Assembly: GCA_951406725.2 (NCBI GenBank)
Contig: OX597829.1
Location: forward strand, 28,644,001 to 28,708,000
Length of the DNA stretch: 64,000 bases
Direction of reading: 5' to 3'
Source of the DNA: Octopus vulgaris
Taxonomy: Eukaryota
The position numbers and the translations under genes are program-made. The notes under the pieces were generated by a model that made no database searches, had not been told where the DNA came from, and saw only the letters and a program-made list of their open reading frames with translations. This document shows, piece after piece, positions 63,585 to 64,000 of the stretch (positions are counted from its first letter, which is position 1; every line of letters starts with the position of its first letter).

Positions 63585-64000
63585 TGTTAAGGGTAAGTTA
63601 CTTGAGGTTGTTGATTCTTTCATCTACCTTGGAAGCTCTGCACAAAATGATGGAAATCTGGACACAGAAATACATCTGTGAATTCAAAGGGTAGCACAAG
63701 CATTTAGTGGTTTGGAGTCACATGTTTGGTGCCAACAACATATAAATAACCACACAAAGTTGGGTCTTTACAAATCATTTGTCTTACCATCCCACATTCT
63801 TGTGAAACATGGACTTGTTATGAAAGACATTTCAAATTGTTAGAACAATTCTACCAAAAATGCCTTTATCGCATTTTAAACATTAAATGGAGTTCTTTTT
63901 TTTCCAAACACAGATGTCCCTGCATCTGCAGGCATCACTTCAATTAAAGTAAGGATTCTAAAAAACCAAATGAGATGGTGTGGCAATATTGTTTGAATGG
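63585..64000 (+). mobile_element. RTE LINE remnant (RT domain 7 onward), runs off the window
   Basis: LEVVDSFIYLGS..NDGNLDTEI, TKLGLYKSFVLP and CETWTCYERHFKLLEQFYQKCLYRILNIKW...QMRWCG. Confidence 0.88.

Overview
Eukaryotic, AT-rich, repeat-saturated genomic DNA that is almost certainly from an octopus (Octopus sp.). The assignment is inferred from the SINE and RTE repeat families and the very dense (TA)n/(CA)n/(AAT)n/(GA)n microsatellites. No complete gene, rRNA, true tRNA or CRISPR array is visible, and nearly all ORFs in the supplied track are microsatellite or SINE artefacts. The window looks like intronic sequence filled with several repeat classes: (i) tRNA-derived SINEs (a CORE-type SINE with an internal microsatellite, a Deu/Nin-domain SINE tied to (ATT)n tracts, and a third family); (ii) decayed non-LTR retrotransposons (several RTE lineages, R4/Dong-like, L1/Tx1-like); (iii) DNA transposon relics (TTAA/piggyBac-like MITEs, mariner-like, Sola-like, Helitron/Helentron-like, foldback palindromes); (iv) a Penelope-LTR-like insert with a minimal hammerhead-ribozyme-like motif. 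A few short, phase-compatible candidate exons on the minus strand suggest an unidentified host gene with introns up to about 41 kb. Repeat boundaries were read by eye and are approximate (tens of bp).
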